Assembly (NCBI RefSeq): GCF_964355755.1
Contig: NC_092673.1
Coordinates: 25,848,269 to 25,912,268 of the forward strand
Length of the DNA: 64,000 bases
Direction of reading: 5' to 3'
From: Antedon mediterranea
Taxonomy: Eukaryota > Animalia > Echinodermata
Shown piece after piece: positions 38,726-52,103 of the stretch. Each line of letters starts with the position of its first letter. The stretch's first letter is position 1. Under the pieces are notes generated by a model, which was not told the DNA's origin, searched no databases, and worked only from the letters and a program-made list of their open reading frames with translations. A program made the translations under genes and the position numbers.

Positions 38726-41700
38726 ATGACGGAAACATCAAATGAGTTCAAGCTAAACCAATGTCCAGATGATGGTATTTCTGCTGCTAAGTTCAGCCCA
38801 AAGTCATCACAGTTCCTTTTAGTATCTTCTTGGGATGAGAGTGTCCGACTATATGATGTTCAGTCAAACCTCCTTCGTACAAAATATAGCCATTCTCAAG
38901 CTGTTTTAGATTGCTGTTTTTATGTAAGTTCAGTGCAAACATTATGCCTAGTAGTGAAAATGGAAAAATCTTTCAACTAATGAAACATTCAATAAAAACA
39001 TTCATTATTTGTAATTACCCAATTAAATGGCAAGGATACTTTCAGATGTGTTTATCACATTACACAATCTATTACAATCAATATTACAGTATATTGATTT
39101 TAAAAATTCAATCAGATTAAGTCGTAGAGAGGTCATCATGATTTAAATGATGTTTGTCCACATTAGCAAGTGAACCGCTAGTGTTGATAATTAAGTATTA
39201 AATGTTGCTATTATTATCTCTTGTTTTTTAGGATGGTACACACACATACAGTGGTGGTTTAGACAAGCAGTTGAAGGTGTTTGATGTCAATACAAGCTCA
39301 GGTATCTGGATGTTGAAAACATTTTCTAGCCCTTTTATAAACATAACAAAAACTTGCAGAATAAATTAGATTGGGTTCTGACTCCTTCCCCTCCTAATAA
39401 GTAATTTTCTCCCCAACCCTTCTTGCTCTTACCGCACAAATACTGTGGTAATTTCTTCTTCTTAAATTTTATTAGAACAAATAAGGCTAATGGTAATTTT
39501 ACATTTTTCTGCCACAGTCACCATAAATTAATATTTGATGTATGTTCATGTATGAAATTGTTTCTTATTGACAACAAGATCAGCTTTGCGTCTAAAGCCA
39601 TGTTTATTATCAGCAAGGTTTTCTATTGGCAAGGCCGACCATGCTCCTTAATTCCGTTCAGTTTCTACTGATAGAAACTTTTAATTTGACCTATAGTCAT
39701 GCCGATAAGAAAATATAAACTACATGCATGGTTGAACGTGACACACATTTAGACAGTACCTATTATAATTATAGGTGTGCTACAAATTGCACTCCTCTAT
39801 ACATTCAGGTATGCTGTACTAGTAGGTGTGCTGTTTGTATTTTGGTGTGTAGAAGTTTACCAAATTTAAGCACTGTAAATCGCACTCCTCAAGGGCAGTT
39901 AGGTGTTAGGTGAGTGATCACACTCAAAAGAAATGGCCTGACTTTACATACTACATTAAACTATATTAAACAACCCATATATTTTTCCTTTTTTTATAGA
40001 AATTACTGTTGGCAATCATGAAGGAGCTATTAAATGTGTTGAGTATTGTCCAGATGTGAATGTAATAATCACTGGTAGTTGGGATCAGACAGTGAAGCTA
40101 TGGGACCCTAGGACACCATGCAATGCAGGTTCCTTCTCACAGCCTGATAAGGTACGGTATTAATGTCCTTAGACCATGCCTGTGAGTAAACTATCATCAG
40201 GCTAAAGCGTGGTTCCTACTAGAACGCAACGCAGCGAGGTATCTACGCAAAGTGCTGTATTGCGTAATCACACGTAGGAACCAACGACGCAATAGTGCTG
40301 CAAACATCGTAGGTTTGATTTCACGCAGACGGGGGCATACACAATGATTGGAAGGGCATTTTCTTACGTTACGAGTAGATTGCGTTGGGTCGCTAGTGGG
40401 AACCAAGCTTAACAAAATGATCTTTGTGCCGAGCTGTTGGTCTCTAAACTATTGTATTGTGGTGTCTTGTATAGTCGGAGGATATCATCACTCACTCCAG
40501 CATCTTCTGACAGACTCTAATCCTTTTTAACTTGCATACATTTCTGTATAACTATTCTATTCAGTACTGATTAGCTTTAACCTTTTGTAGCAAATCCACA
40601 TCATTTCTGGTCTTCCAATTATTCCTGTTATGGTCCTCAGGTCACCAGATCTGACATTATTTTTCCGTCACACCTTTTACAGTTGCCATAGCTTTCTATT
40701 ATTAAATTAAAAATCTTTGTTAATAATATGCATTGGTTACTGCCTATGAGCTTGTGTGGTTGTATCTCAATACATAGCATGATTTATTTTCCAGGTATAC
40801 ACAATGGCAGTTTGTGGAGAAAGATTAATTGTTGGAACAGCAGGTAGGAAGGTCCTGGTGTGGGATCTCCGAAACATGGGCTATGTACAGCAGAGACGAG
40901 AATCAAGTTTAAAGTACCAGACGCGCTGTATTCGCTCCTTCCCAAATAAACAAGGCTACGTTTTGAGTAGTATAGAGGGCAGAGTTGCCGTAGAATACCT
41001 TGACGCAAGCCCCGAGATACAGAAAAGGAAATATGCATTTAAATGTCACAGATTAAAGGTTATTATTTTAATTTAATCATTAAGTATTTTATATGTCAAT
41101 TGCTTATGTATTTTTTTACGCATCCAACAGCGAGTAACTCACCAATTGTAGGATAGATAAACTATTTTATAATTGATTATGCTTATAAACTAAATCTCAT
41201 TTGAGGCCTAGGGAGTGAGTTGAAAGAGTTGCGAGTTACAACCATGGCACTAGGTCAGGATTGAAACCTACACCTTTGGATTGGAAGGCAAGCAAGTTAA
41301 CCACCAATTTACAGCTCCATTCTTAAGCGTGGTTCCCACTAGCGATGCAATATAAGCAAATGCCCTTCCAATAATTGTGTTTGCCCCCGCCTGCGTGAAA
41401 TCAAACCTGCTTATTGCACGTCAACGTTGGAATGCTGTAGCCTTTGACATGGTTCACCTCGCATACTTTAAGTACGTGCTGTACTTTGTTTTCCAGTGTT
41501 CTTTTGCCTTGCGTTGTTGCGCGAGTACCTGTAGTACCGATGTCTGCAGCAATATTGCGTCGTCGGTTCCCACTCGATTACACAATATAACACTTTGCGT
41601 AAATACGTTGTTGCGTTCTAGTGGGAACCAAGCTTTATAATAATAATTTAATGATGAAATTATTTTTATTTCTCTTTTTTTTAGAATGAAGGTAAAGAAG

Positions 41701-42581
41701 AGATCTACCCTGTGAATGCCATTGCCTTTCATAGTGGGCATAATACATTTGCAAGTGGAGGCTCTGATGGATTCGTAAACATCTGGGATGGATTTAACAA
41801 GAAGCGGCTATGTCAGTTTCATAGATACCCTACCAGTATATCATATTTAGCTTTCAGGTAATGAACGATATAGTATATAAGCCCCTTCTAGGGTATATAC
41901 TTGCCTTACCCTAAACCCAGTGAATGTGTCCTTCCGGCCTAGGATTCCACAAATGTACTAATTCTGTCTAATGCACATAATAATGCCCAATAATTTCTAA
42001 TTATTGACAAATGCAAATTTTCTTTTTTTATGATCCAATATGTTTGAATATAATTGTAAACAGCGAAAGTAAAAAGTAAGTTTAAGATTTTAATTCAAAC
42101 ATGTGAGATCATATCAAAGGAAAATTTGCATTTATCAATAATATATAAAGATCCAGATGAATCTTTTCACTAATTTCCAATTTAAAGAATTAAATAGTGA
42201 TATTAGTGATATGCCCAAATATTGTAGTGATATGGCATCATCATGTCCATATATGGGCACATCACATTTTTTTGTCACATAAAGTTCCAGATCCAGATTT
42301 TATTCTCGAGTATGAGCCCACTCTGGGGTATAATGTCCATATATGGGCACATCACATTTTTTTGTCGCATAAAGTTCCAGATCCAGATTTTATTCTCGAG
42401 TATAAGCCCACTCTGGGGTATAATGTTACTAATTATTTTAATGATTTTCTCTTTTAGTCATGATGGTAGTATATTAGCAATCGCTTCATCATACATGTAC
42501 GAAAATGGTGACATTGATCATCCTGATGATGCCATTTTCATCAGAAAAGTTACCGACCAAGAAACCAAACCAAAAATTTAA
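38726..42581 (+). CDS. BUB3: Mitotic checkpoint protein BUB3 (WD40), 6 coding exons, 326 aa.
   Basis: join(38726..38923,39232..39301,40000..40151,40795..41058,41685..41857,42458..42581). It begins [45 protein letters not shown]...AVLDCCFY|[23 protein letters not shown]|[51 protein letters not shown]|[70 protein letters not shown]...YAFKCHRLK|...[36 protein letters not shown]|[16 protein letters not shown]...KPKI*. It is near-identical to human BUB3 over its whole length. All introns are canonical GT-AG with consistent phases (981 nt). The ATG lies 8 nt after an acceptor (TATTTCAG at 38711-38718), which implies an upstream 5'UTR exon. Confidence 0.92.
41110..41345 (-). mobile_element. tRNA-derived SINE copy in BUB3 intron 4.
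   Basis: It is homologous to 27175-27430 along its whole length (ctcatttgaggcctagggagtgagttgaaagagttgcgagttacaacc...ggattggaaggcaagcaagttaaccaccaatttacagctcca). Confidence 0.7.
42207..42425. mobile_element. MITE-related internal segment, partially duplicated in tandem, in BUB3 intron 5.
   Basis: gtgatatgcccaaatattgtagtgatatggcatcatcatgtccatatatgggcacatcacatttttttgtcacataaagttccagatccagattttattctcgagtatgagcccactctggggtataatg is followed by a second partial copy. Confidence 0.6.
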
Positions 42582-42848
42582 GGTAATTGCAAGAAATTAC
42601 AACCAAAGCGTTTCAGAAATGACAGACGGACACAGTACTGAACAATAGTTAACGTTGGTAATGCTTGGTACCCACTAGAGACCCAATGCAAGGACGTAAC
42701 GCAACGTAAGTTACCAACCGATAGCGATGAATTATTTGAACTGTTGCTTGTCATTGGTCAACACGCTTGCATTGCTTTTACCAACCAAGCTTTATGTCAA
42801 TGTAGCTATGGTACTTCACAATGATAATCTAATATTGTGGAAGCTGTA

Positions 42849-43015
42849 AAGTTCTGTCTACACTATCAAACTTTATGTGACAAAAAATGTGATGTGCCCA
42901 TATATGTACATGATGATGTCATATCACTACCATATTTGGGCATATTACTTACCATATTTGTGCATGTCACACTTCTTTTGTCAAACTAATTTGATAGTGT
43001 AGACAAAGTTCAAGA
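42849..43015. mobile_element. MITE copy with both terminal inverted repeats, just downstream of BUB3.
   Basis: It begins agttctgtctacactatcaaa and ends tttgatagtgtagacaaagttc. Confidence 0.8.
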
Positions 43016-43417
43016 TTCATGTCTTCTTTAAATTGTAAATATCTCTATCTATGACTGGAAAATAATTAATGTTGTTTTAAATGTCAATATTATAGCTAGT
43101 GTACTGTTGCCTTTTCACAATGATAATCTAAACTCACAATCTCAAATTGTAAATATCTTCCACATTTTTTATACAATATTGGTCTAATAAAACAAGAACA
43201 TCAGTACTGGCTTTTTAACATCACTTGTCTCTACAAAACCATTTATTTATAAAAATCCCTGTAGTATAGTAAATGGATTGTTTCAGAAATGGCAAAATTT
43301 CGACCCATTTATTTGTTGACATAACTAGGTACTATGGCTCTATAAGACAACACAATATATGTGCCTATAAGGCAATATTATTGCATAATAATTGAATTTA
43401 AAAAGTTAATATTTTGA

Positions 43418-46400
43418 GCATTAATGTCAAAAGTGGTTATGATAGCACAATTGACATGCGCAGAACCCATTATTCGATTCTGCGCATGTTTATTATGCGA
43501 TAGTAACCATTTATGTCAAAAAATAAAAGGGTCAAAAATCGGCCATTTTTCGGAAAATGGCCAATTTTCTACCTTTTTATTTTTCGATAAAACAGGTTAC
43601 TATAGCACAATTAACATGAACAGAACTCATTATTCGACTCTGCGCATGTTTATTATGCGATAGTAACCATTTATGTCAAAAGTGGTTATGATAGCACAAT
43701 TGACATGCGCAGAACCCATTATTCGAGTCTGCGCATGTTTATTATGCAATAGTAACCATTTATGTCAAAAAATAAAAGGGTCGAAAATCGGCCATTTTTC
43801 AAAAATTTCCCTGTACTATAGTACAGGGATTTTTTCTAAAAATGGCAAATTTTCGACCTTTTTATTTTTCGATAAAACGGTTTACTATAGTACAATTAAC
43901 ATGCGCAGAACGCATTACTCGACTCTGCGCATGTTTATTATGCGATAGTAACCTTTTATGTCAAAAGTGGTTATGATAGCACAATTGACATGCGCAGAAC
44001 CCATTATTCGACTCTGCGCATGTTTATTATGCAATAGTAACCATTTATGTCAACAAATAAAAGGGTCGAAAATCGGCCATTTTTCGGAAATTTCCCTGTA
44101 CTATTATAGTACAGGGATTTTTTCTAAAAATGGCCAATTTTCGATAAAACGGGTTACTATAGCACAATTAACATGTGCAGAACCCATTATTCGACTCTGC
44201 GCATGTTTATTATGCGATAGTAACCATTTATGTCAAAAGTGGTTATGGTAGCACAATTGACATGCGCAGAACCCATTATTCGAGTCTGCGCATGTTTATT
44301 ATGCCATAGTAAACATTTATGTCAAAAAATAAAAGGGTCGAAAATCGGCCATTTTTCGGAAATTTCCCTGTACTATAGTACAGGAATTTTTTATAAAAAT
44401 GGCCAATTTTCGACCTTTTTATTTTTCGATCAAACTGATTACTATAGCACAATTGACATGCGCAGAACCCACATTTCGACTCTGCGCATGTTTATTATGC
44501 TATAGTAACCATTTATGTCAAAAGTGGTTATGATAGCACAATTGACATGCGCAGAACCCATTATTCGACTCTGCGCATGTTTATTATGCAATAGTAACCA
44601 TTTATGTCAAAAAATAAAAGGGTCGAAAATCGGCCATTTTTCGGAAATATCCCTGTACTATAGTACAGGGATTTTTCTAAAAATTGCAAATTTTCTACCT
44701 TTTTATTTTTCGATAAAACGGGTTACTATAGCACAATTAACATGCGCAGAACCCATTATTCGACTCTGCGCATGTTTATTATGCGATAGTAACCATTTAT
44801 GTCAAAAGTGGTTATGATAGCACAATTGGCATGCTCAGAACCCATTATTCGACTCTGCGCATGTTTATTATGCAATAGTAACCATTTATGTCCAAAAATA
44901 AAAGGGTCGAAAATTGGCCATTTTTCGGAAATTTTCCTGTATTATAGTACAGGAATTTTTTCAAAAAATGGCCAATTTTCGACCTTTTTATTTTTCGATA
45001 AAACGGGTTACTATAGCACAATTAACATGCGCAGAACGCATTACTCGACTCTACGTATGTTTATTATGCGATAGTAACCATTTATGTCAAAAGTGGTTAT
45101 GATAGCACAATTAACATGCGCAGAACCCATTATTCGGCTCTGCGCATGTTTATTATGCAATAGTAACCATTTATGTCAAAAGTGGTTATGATAGCACAAT
45201 TGGCATGCTCAGAACCCATTATTCGACTCTGCGCATGTTTATTATGCAATAGTAACCATTTATGTCCAAAAATAAAAGGGTCGAAAATCGGCCATTTTTC
45301 GGAAATTTTCCTGTATTATAGTACAGGAATTTTTTAAAAAAATTGCCAATTTTCGACCTTTTTATTTTTCGATAAAACTGATTACTATAGCACAATTAAC
45401 ATGCGCAGAACCCATTATTCGACTCTACGTATGTTTATTATGCGATAGTAACCTTTTATGTCAAAAGTGGTTATGATAGCACAATTGACATGCGCAGAAC
45501 CCATTATTCGACTCTGCGCATGTTTATTATGCAATAGTAACCATTTATGTCAACAAATAAAAGGGTCGAAAATCGGCCATTTTTCGGAAATTTCCCTGTA
45601 CTATAGAACAGGGATTTTTTTCTAAAAATGGCCAATTTTCGATAAAACGGGTTACTATAGCACAATTAACGTGTGCAGAACCCATTATTCGAGTCTGCGC
45701 ATGTTTATTATGCGATAGTAACCATTTATGTCAAAAGTGGTTATGGTAGCACAATTGACATGCGCAGAACCCATTATTCGAGTCTGCGCATGTTTATTAT
45801 GCAATAGTAACCATTTATGTCAAAAAATAAAAGGGTCGAAAATCGGCCATTTTTCGGAAATTTCCATGTACTATAGTACAGGAATTTCTTATAAAAATGG
45901 CCAATTTTCGACCTTTTTTATTTTTCGATAAAACGGGTTACTATAGCACAATTAACATGCGCAGAACCCATTATTCGACTCTGCGCATGTTTATTATGCT
46001 ATAGTAACCATTTATGTCAAAAGTGGTTATGATAGCACAATTGACATGCGCAGAACCCATTATTCGACTCTGCGCATGTTTATTATGCAATAGTAACCAT
46101 TTATGTCAACAAATAAAAGGGTCGAAAAAAGGCAATTTTTCGGAAATTTCCCTGTACATAGTACATGGATTTTTTCTAAAAATGGCCAATTTTCGACCTT
46201 TTTATTTTTCGATAAAACGGGTTACTATAGCACCTTTAACATGCGCAGAAGGCATTATTCGAATCTGCGCATGTTTATTATGCGATAGTAACCTTTTATG
46301 TCAAAAGTGGTTATGATAGCACAATTGACATGCGCAGAACCCATTATTCGACTCTGCGCAAGTTTATTATGCGATAGTAACTATTTATGTCAAAAGTGGT

Positions 46401-47489
46401 TATGATAGCACAATTGGCATGCTCAGAACCCATTATTTGACTCTGCGCATGTTTATTATGCAATAGTAACCATTTATGTCCAAAAATAAAAGGGTCGAAA
46501 ATCAGCCATTTTTCGGAAATTTTCCTGTATTATAGTACAGGAATTTTTTCAAAAAATTGCCAATTTTCGACCTTTTTATTTTTCGATAAAACTGATTACT
46601 ATAGCACAATTAACATGCGCAGAACCCATTATTCGACTCTACGTATGTTTATTATGCGATAGTAACCTTTTATGTCAAAAGTGGTTATGATAGCCCAATT
46701 GACATGCGCAGAACCCATTATTCGACTCTGCGCATGTTTATTATGCAATAGTAACCATTTATGTCAACAAATAAAAGGGTCGAAAATCGGCCATTTTTCG
46801 GAAATTTCCCTGTACTATAGTACAGGGATTTTTTCTAAAAATGGCCAATTTTCGATAAAACGGGTTACTATAGCACAATTAACATGCGCAGAACCCATTA
46901 TTCGACTCTGCGCATGTTTATTATGCTATAGTAACCATTTATGTCAAAAGTGGTTATGATAGCACAATTGACATGCGCAGAACCCATTATTCGACTTTGC
47001 GCATGTTTATTATGCAATAGTAACCATTTATGTCAACAAATAAAAGGGTCGAAAAAAGGCAATTTTTCGGAAATTTCCCTGTACTATATATACAATTGAC
47101 ATGCGCAGAACCCATTATTTTACTCTGCGCATGTTTATTATGCAATAGTAACCATTTATGTCAACAAATAAAAGGGTCGAAAAAAGGCAATTTTTCGGAA
47201 ATTTCCCTGTACTATAGTACAGGGATTTTTTCTAAAAATGGCCAATTTTCGACCTTTTTATTTTTCGATAAAACGGGTTACTATAGCACAATTAACATGC
47301 GCAGAAGGCATTATTCGAATCTGCGCATGTTTATTATGCGATAGTAACCTTTTATGTCAAAAGTGGTTATGATAGCACAATTGACATGCGCAGAACCCAT
47401 TATTCGACTCTGCGCATGTTTATTATGCAATAGTAACCATTTATGTCAAAAGTGGTTATGATAGCACAATTGACATGCGCAGAACGCGT
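43418..47489. repeat. Satellite of about 285 bp, about 14 copies. Each unit has an 87-bp A subunit and a 195-bp B subunit.
   Basis: Start positions of the repeat ORFs recur every 272-286 bp (43424, 43673, 43958, 44230, 44515, 44799, ...). The units contain the perfect palindrome ccctgtactatagtacaggg and the inverted repeat gcgcagaacccattattcgactctgcgc. Degenerate, circularly permuted unit copies flank the array at 43255-43417 and 47855-48000. Confidence 0.9.
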
Positions 47490-47845
47490 GTTTTTTTTTT
47501 CCAGGACGAACGTGGGCAGAAGTCATGAATAATTCATTACCTTAATTATTTTTATTATAAAGAATTGAAAGATAGCTGATCTACTTCCTAAATATACTAA
47601 TCCTACCCCTCTAAATAATCTCTCTCAACTATTAAAAAAAACCTCGAACCGAGGGCTTCAGCGTAATAGGTTAAAGCCTTTACCACTAGACCAAACATTT
47701 CGGTTGGCAAACGTTGTTTACACTAATTATTTAATCTCTCTCCATTCTTATACAGCGCCCTCTATAATGTTCCCTATTATGTCATAATTAATCATGAATT
47801 ATTCATGATTTCTGCCCACGTTCGTCCTGGAAAAAAAAATTACGC
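47486..47845. mobile_element. Non-autonomous DNA-transposon-like element of about 360 bp with terminal inverted repeats of about 50 bp, inserted into the 285-bp satellite. It has a 9-bp target-site duplication.
   Basis: The left end is gcgtgtttttttttttccaggacgaacgtgggcagaagtcatgaataattcat. The reverse complement of the right end is gcgtaatttttttttccaggacgaacgtgggcagaaatcatgaataattcat. The direct duplication gcgcagaac occurs at 47477-47485 and 47846-47854, and the satellite unit continues across it. The internal part contains a tRNA-like segment (ggtctagtggtaaaggc...ggttcgagg on the - strand). Confidence 0.75.
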
Positions 47846-48020
47846 GCGCAGAACCCATTATTCGACTCTGCCATTTATGTCAAAATATACGTTTACATAG
47901 CCATATTATCGCATAATAATTTAATTTTAAAAAGTCCCTGTACTATATGGCAAACTTTCAATCCATTTATTTGTTGACTAACTAGTTTCTATGGCTCTAT
48001 AAGATGATGCACATATTATA

Positions 48021-48190
48021 CAAATAATGAATGTTTATGAGTGTAATGGTACAAATAATGGCATGAGGTGAATGATGAAAGGTTATATCAACGAGGCAAA
48101 GCCGAGTTGATATAACCTTTCATCATTCACCAAGTGCCATTATTTGTACCATTACACGAATATAAAACATTCATTATTTGTTTTATATTA
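48021..48190. mobile_element. Foldback element with arms of about 75 bp and a 14-bp loop.
   Basis: The left arm caaataatgaatgtttatgagtgtaatggtacaaataatggcatgaggtgaatgatgaaaggttatatcaac is the reverse complement of the right arm ttgatataacctttcatcattcaccaagtgccattatttgtaccattacacgaatataaaacattcattatttg. A related single arm lies at 52960-53050. Confidence 0.65.
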
Positions 48191-48699
48191 CATAGCCTAT
48201 GTAAATACGCTAACGTGATTGGTTGAAACTGCATCACATGACTACCGCTGCGAGGATCGTAAATCGTATATATCCTCGAGAACGATGATATTGACTGTGT
48301 AATTTTCGCGTAATTATCGTGTCCCCTGTCATTAAACATATAGATTCTCGAGTACGATGATATTGACTGTGTAATTTTCGTGTGCCAACACTCGCGTTGC
48401 CGATAAATAAACAAAAGTCATCTACTCGATCTTGAACTCGGGTGGAATTGTCACTCCATCGCAAGACAACGTTTCATCCGCTGGGCCACGGAATTTGCTT
48501 GAAGAAATTAATCTTCTAAACTATTTAAGCTATGCATACATAGCGCCCTCATTTGTTATAAGTCCACCCTAAATGTGATGAAACACCGTTTATGATTGGT
48601 CAATACTCACGGTAGTAACCTAGTAACTAGTACGCGCTGAACATCCGGTGATTCGAGGAGCCGACGAATTGTTTATTCGGCCTACCTGATTATAATATT

Positions 48700-49783
48700 A
48701 TTATTAACGCTGTGGTTAGGATTCCGGCACCGGAACTCAACTGCCCACCGTTAGGGAATCCGACACGCTATTGCGCATGCCCAGAGCTCTGGGAAGTGAA
48801 TTATAGCTTGCACTAATAATAGTGCCACACCACGGAGAGTCGGAGTGTTATAGGGATTTACTGTAGCCTAGATAGTCGTTGCGCGAGCGAGAGAGCGATG
48901 GATGAAACTTGGCCTATGCCATACATGAATTAATAATTAAAATATGACTACGCCACGCGTTAAAATAATTATAATGATATTAATAAGTATCAGTATCTAT
49001 CTAAGAATCGTAATGCTGTTTTTAGCGTTGCGACCCTGACTTCCCGAACAGTTTTTTCACATCCACGCGGTGGCTGCCGTCAACAAATCAACTTGTGATT
49101 GCATGTTGTATATGTACAGTATAATGCGTTATGAAAAATCATAAAACTAGTCATGTAATTATATAATTCATAATGATATGAATTTTATATATGAATGAAG
49201 CAACCACTTTTTAATTACAAAATAAATACTATAGGCCCACTGGTCACGTAGTCTAACTGGTAGCCCTAGCCTAGAATATAATAATATATAATAATAATTT
49301 ATTTGGAAAACGCTTTTTGAACAGCGGCACACATAATAATGGTGCATCCTTAAAACAATTAAACATACAATATAAAAAATATGAGTATAAAAATAAAGAT
49401 AAACTAGATTAAAACAGATAATACTCAGATAAAACGGAAGTTCGATAAAACCAAATTAAAAATAAACTGTAATACTAAAACCAATTAAATGCAACCCACA
49501 TACATAAGCTTGGACACTAAATTAGCATATCAATTAGTATATGAACAAAGGAATATACAGTACTTAGAATCTATGTTAAGATATACACATTCTTGTGGAT
49601 CCCATATTAGAAGGCATCTAGGCTAGTTCGCCGTGTGGCGCAGCTATGAAATAATCCATCGCTGTTGATAAGTATAGAGTCGCCGATTACCTCGCTCTGG
49701 GCATGCGCAATAGCGTGTCGGAATCCCTAACGCTGGGCAGTTGAGTTCCGGTGCCGGAATCCTAACCACGGCGTATTATTAAT
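48700..49783. mobile_element. Inverted-repeat element of about 1.08 kb (non-autonomous DNA transposon candidate) with terminal inverted repeats of about 90 bp.
   Basis: 48706-48787 (aacgctgtggttaggattccggcaccggaactcaactgcccaccgttagggaatccgacacgctattgcgcatgcccagagc) is the reverse complement of 49694-49774 at about 95% identity. No ORF in the interior. A possible AT-rich target-site duplication (attatta) is not reliable. Confidence 0.65.
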
Positions 49784-50037
49784 AGGCTTATTGATGGAAA
49801 TTCTTCTGTTAATTTAAACGACCTAGGCCTAAGTGAATATTTTATTGCCAAGGAATCATTAATTATTATCTGTATATTATTCTTCGCAAGGTAAGGTGTC
49901 TAGGCAGGCTTGTTTTAAATACAATACAAATACTATAAGAAGGCCTAGCTAGCCTAGCTTCACCCAACCCAGCAGACTTGTTCTTGGCTATATAATATAA
50001 CAGATATTGCCTTTTATATCAGTTAAATATATGATTT

Positions 50038-50146
50038 GACATCCCCTCGGGAATGATATTAAGTTCTCGGGGAATATATATTTCCCTCAGCTGGCGCTTC
50101 GGGAAATATATATTCCCTCGAACTTAATCATTCCCTCGGGGATGTC
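50038..50146. mobile_element. Near-perfect 109-bp palindrome (hairpin / foldback MITE).
   Basis: gacatcccctcgggaatgatattaagttctcggggaatatatatttccctc ... gggaaatatatattccctcgaacttaatcattccctcggggatgtc. Confidence 0.7.
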
Positions 50147-51762
50147 AAATCTTATATTTAACCTCTAAGCAGTCAATATCTGTATAATATAACATCTAAA
50201 TAGATTCCTGTCATTTGAATCAAATAGTAAAAGGTAGCCCTAGCCAAGAGGCCTACATTTCATTCACATTGATTAAAACAGTAACATTTGGTTTTTAATA
50301 TTATATTAAATGTTATATTTATATGGATTTTATATGGATAATTAGTGTTAATTATGTCAACAAACGAACAAACAATCCTAGGCCTAGCAAGGCTAAAATG
50401 CCTAGGCTAGGCCTAGCCTAATACTAACAGGCATAGCTAGGCTAGACCTAATTAAGGCCTAGTACTAGCTTGACTGAAAGACAAAACTTCGACAGACAAT
50501 TGGAACTTATCTAGGCTAATTATGGTTTTTCCAAAGATTCCACGTCTTGTAGGAAGGGATGTCCCCATTAATTAATCAAAATGCTAAAAACGATCTAAAG
50601 CTAATTTAAATGCCTTTTTGAATGAAATTAGTACATATATATCTTTAAATCGTACACAAAAATCTGCTGCTGTTGTAGATCTCGCGGTGATTTTTACAGA
50701 GGCAGGACTATAGGTGACGCAGTAATTTTCGTATAATAGATTTTTTTCATCCGCGAAACGTTTTTTGTTTCGTACACAAAAATGTTGAAAAAAGTACTAT
50801 TAAACGATCATTTAATAGTGCGTACTATTGCACGCCATGTGACCCACAATCGTCCAATCAAATGACAGGAATTTATTTAGGTGTTATATAAAAGGCAATA
50901 TTACTATGGCTCTAAAATATTGACTTTTCAAACATTTCAGTTATTATTTGAAATGAAAACACAATTTGTATACGAATATTTATTTCACAAGACATTTATA
51001 ATCACAAGATTCCTTATTAAAGAAATAAAGACCCTAAATTAAAAAATTATACTTATTTAATAAATCGAAAACAGTATTTGTATTTACTGCTGTTGTAAAA
51101 ATACATACATTTTTTGTGACAACATAATTTACTATACACAATATAATTTTCAATTACATTATACGATTTACATAGCAAAGTGCTATAAAGTGTACACAAA
51201 AAATGTACACTAAATATATTATATCATATAATATTTCATATTCTTATACTAATTAATGAAGTACTAAATGTCATTTTGTTTTTGTTTAAAACATAAGTAA
51301 ATAGTATTCACTTGATTAAAAATGTTATCTTGTTATTAGTACTAAATAGCCAATGAGATTGTTTGTATGAAAACTGATAATAGTAATCCATCTCAGTATT
51401 TTACATTAATAATGAAATGAAAATGCATGGTTTTGTTATAATTTGAATTTAAATATGGGATACCTTCAATACATTATTTGTATCAAATTCTTGATATATT
51501 TCTAATCTTAACTTAATATTTCAAATGTTTTAAAGAGTTAAATTTATTAATCAAGCCAATTAATAAATGATACATTTCATATTCATAAGAGTTTAGGAAT
51601 GAGTTGAATTTAGGTTCAGAATTACAGGTTAATGTACAGCAGGTTTTCAGATACTACAACAGTAACCGTAAACTGTAATCCACACCTAGTTCAAACAATA
51701 CATTTACGCCATGAGTGATTATATACTACAGTGATTTCCAATGTAAAAGAATCATGGAGCTA

Positions 51763-51915
51763 AAGCTGTCTACACTATCAAACTAGTTTGACAAAAAAAA
51801 GTGTTATATGCCCAAATATGGTAGTGATATGCACAAATGTGGTAGTGATATGACATAATCCTGTCCATATATGGGCATATCACATAAAGTTTGATAGAGT
51901 TGACAGAGCTTAAGG
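51763..51915. mobile_element. MITE copy with both terminal inverted repeats.
   Basis: It begins agctgtctacactatcaaactag and ends aagtttgatagagttgacagagctt. Confidence 0.8.
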
Positions 51916-52103
51916 GACAAAACACATAGCGATCTGTGTACAATATATAAACAACAAGTTATTCCAAACAAAATACACAATGAACAAACACCAATGGAAG
52001 AGAAACATTACATTTGACAGAACCAAAATCCACCCAATTTCCAAGGCAATAAATTAATACAAAAATTTCTATTTAAAAAATACTTTTTTGTACATCAACT
52101 TAA

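Noticed and set aside
43424-47344. A series of roughly 90-aa ORFs MSKVVMIAQLTCAEPIIRLCACLLCNSNHLCQK….
   Set aside because: They recur once per 285-bp satellite unit. This is a repeat artefact, not a gene family.
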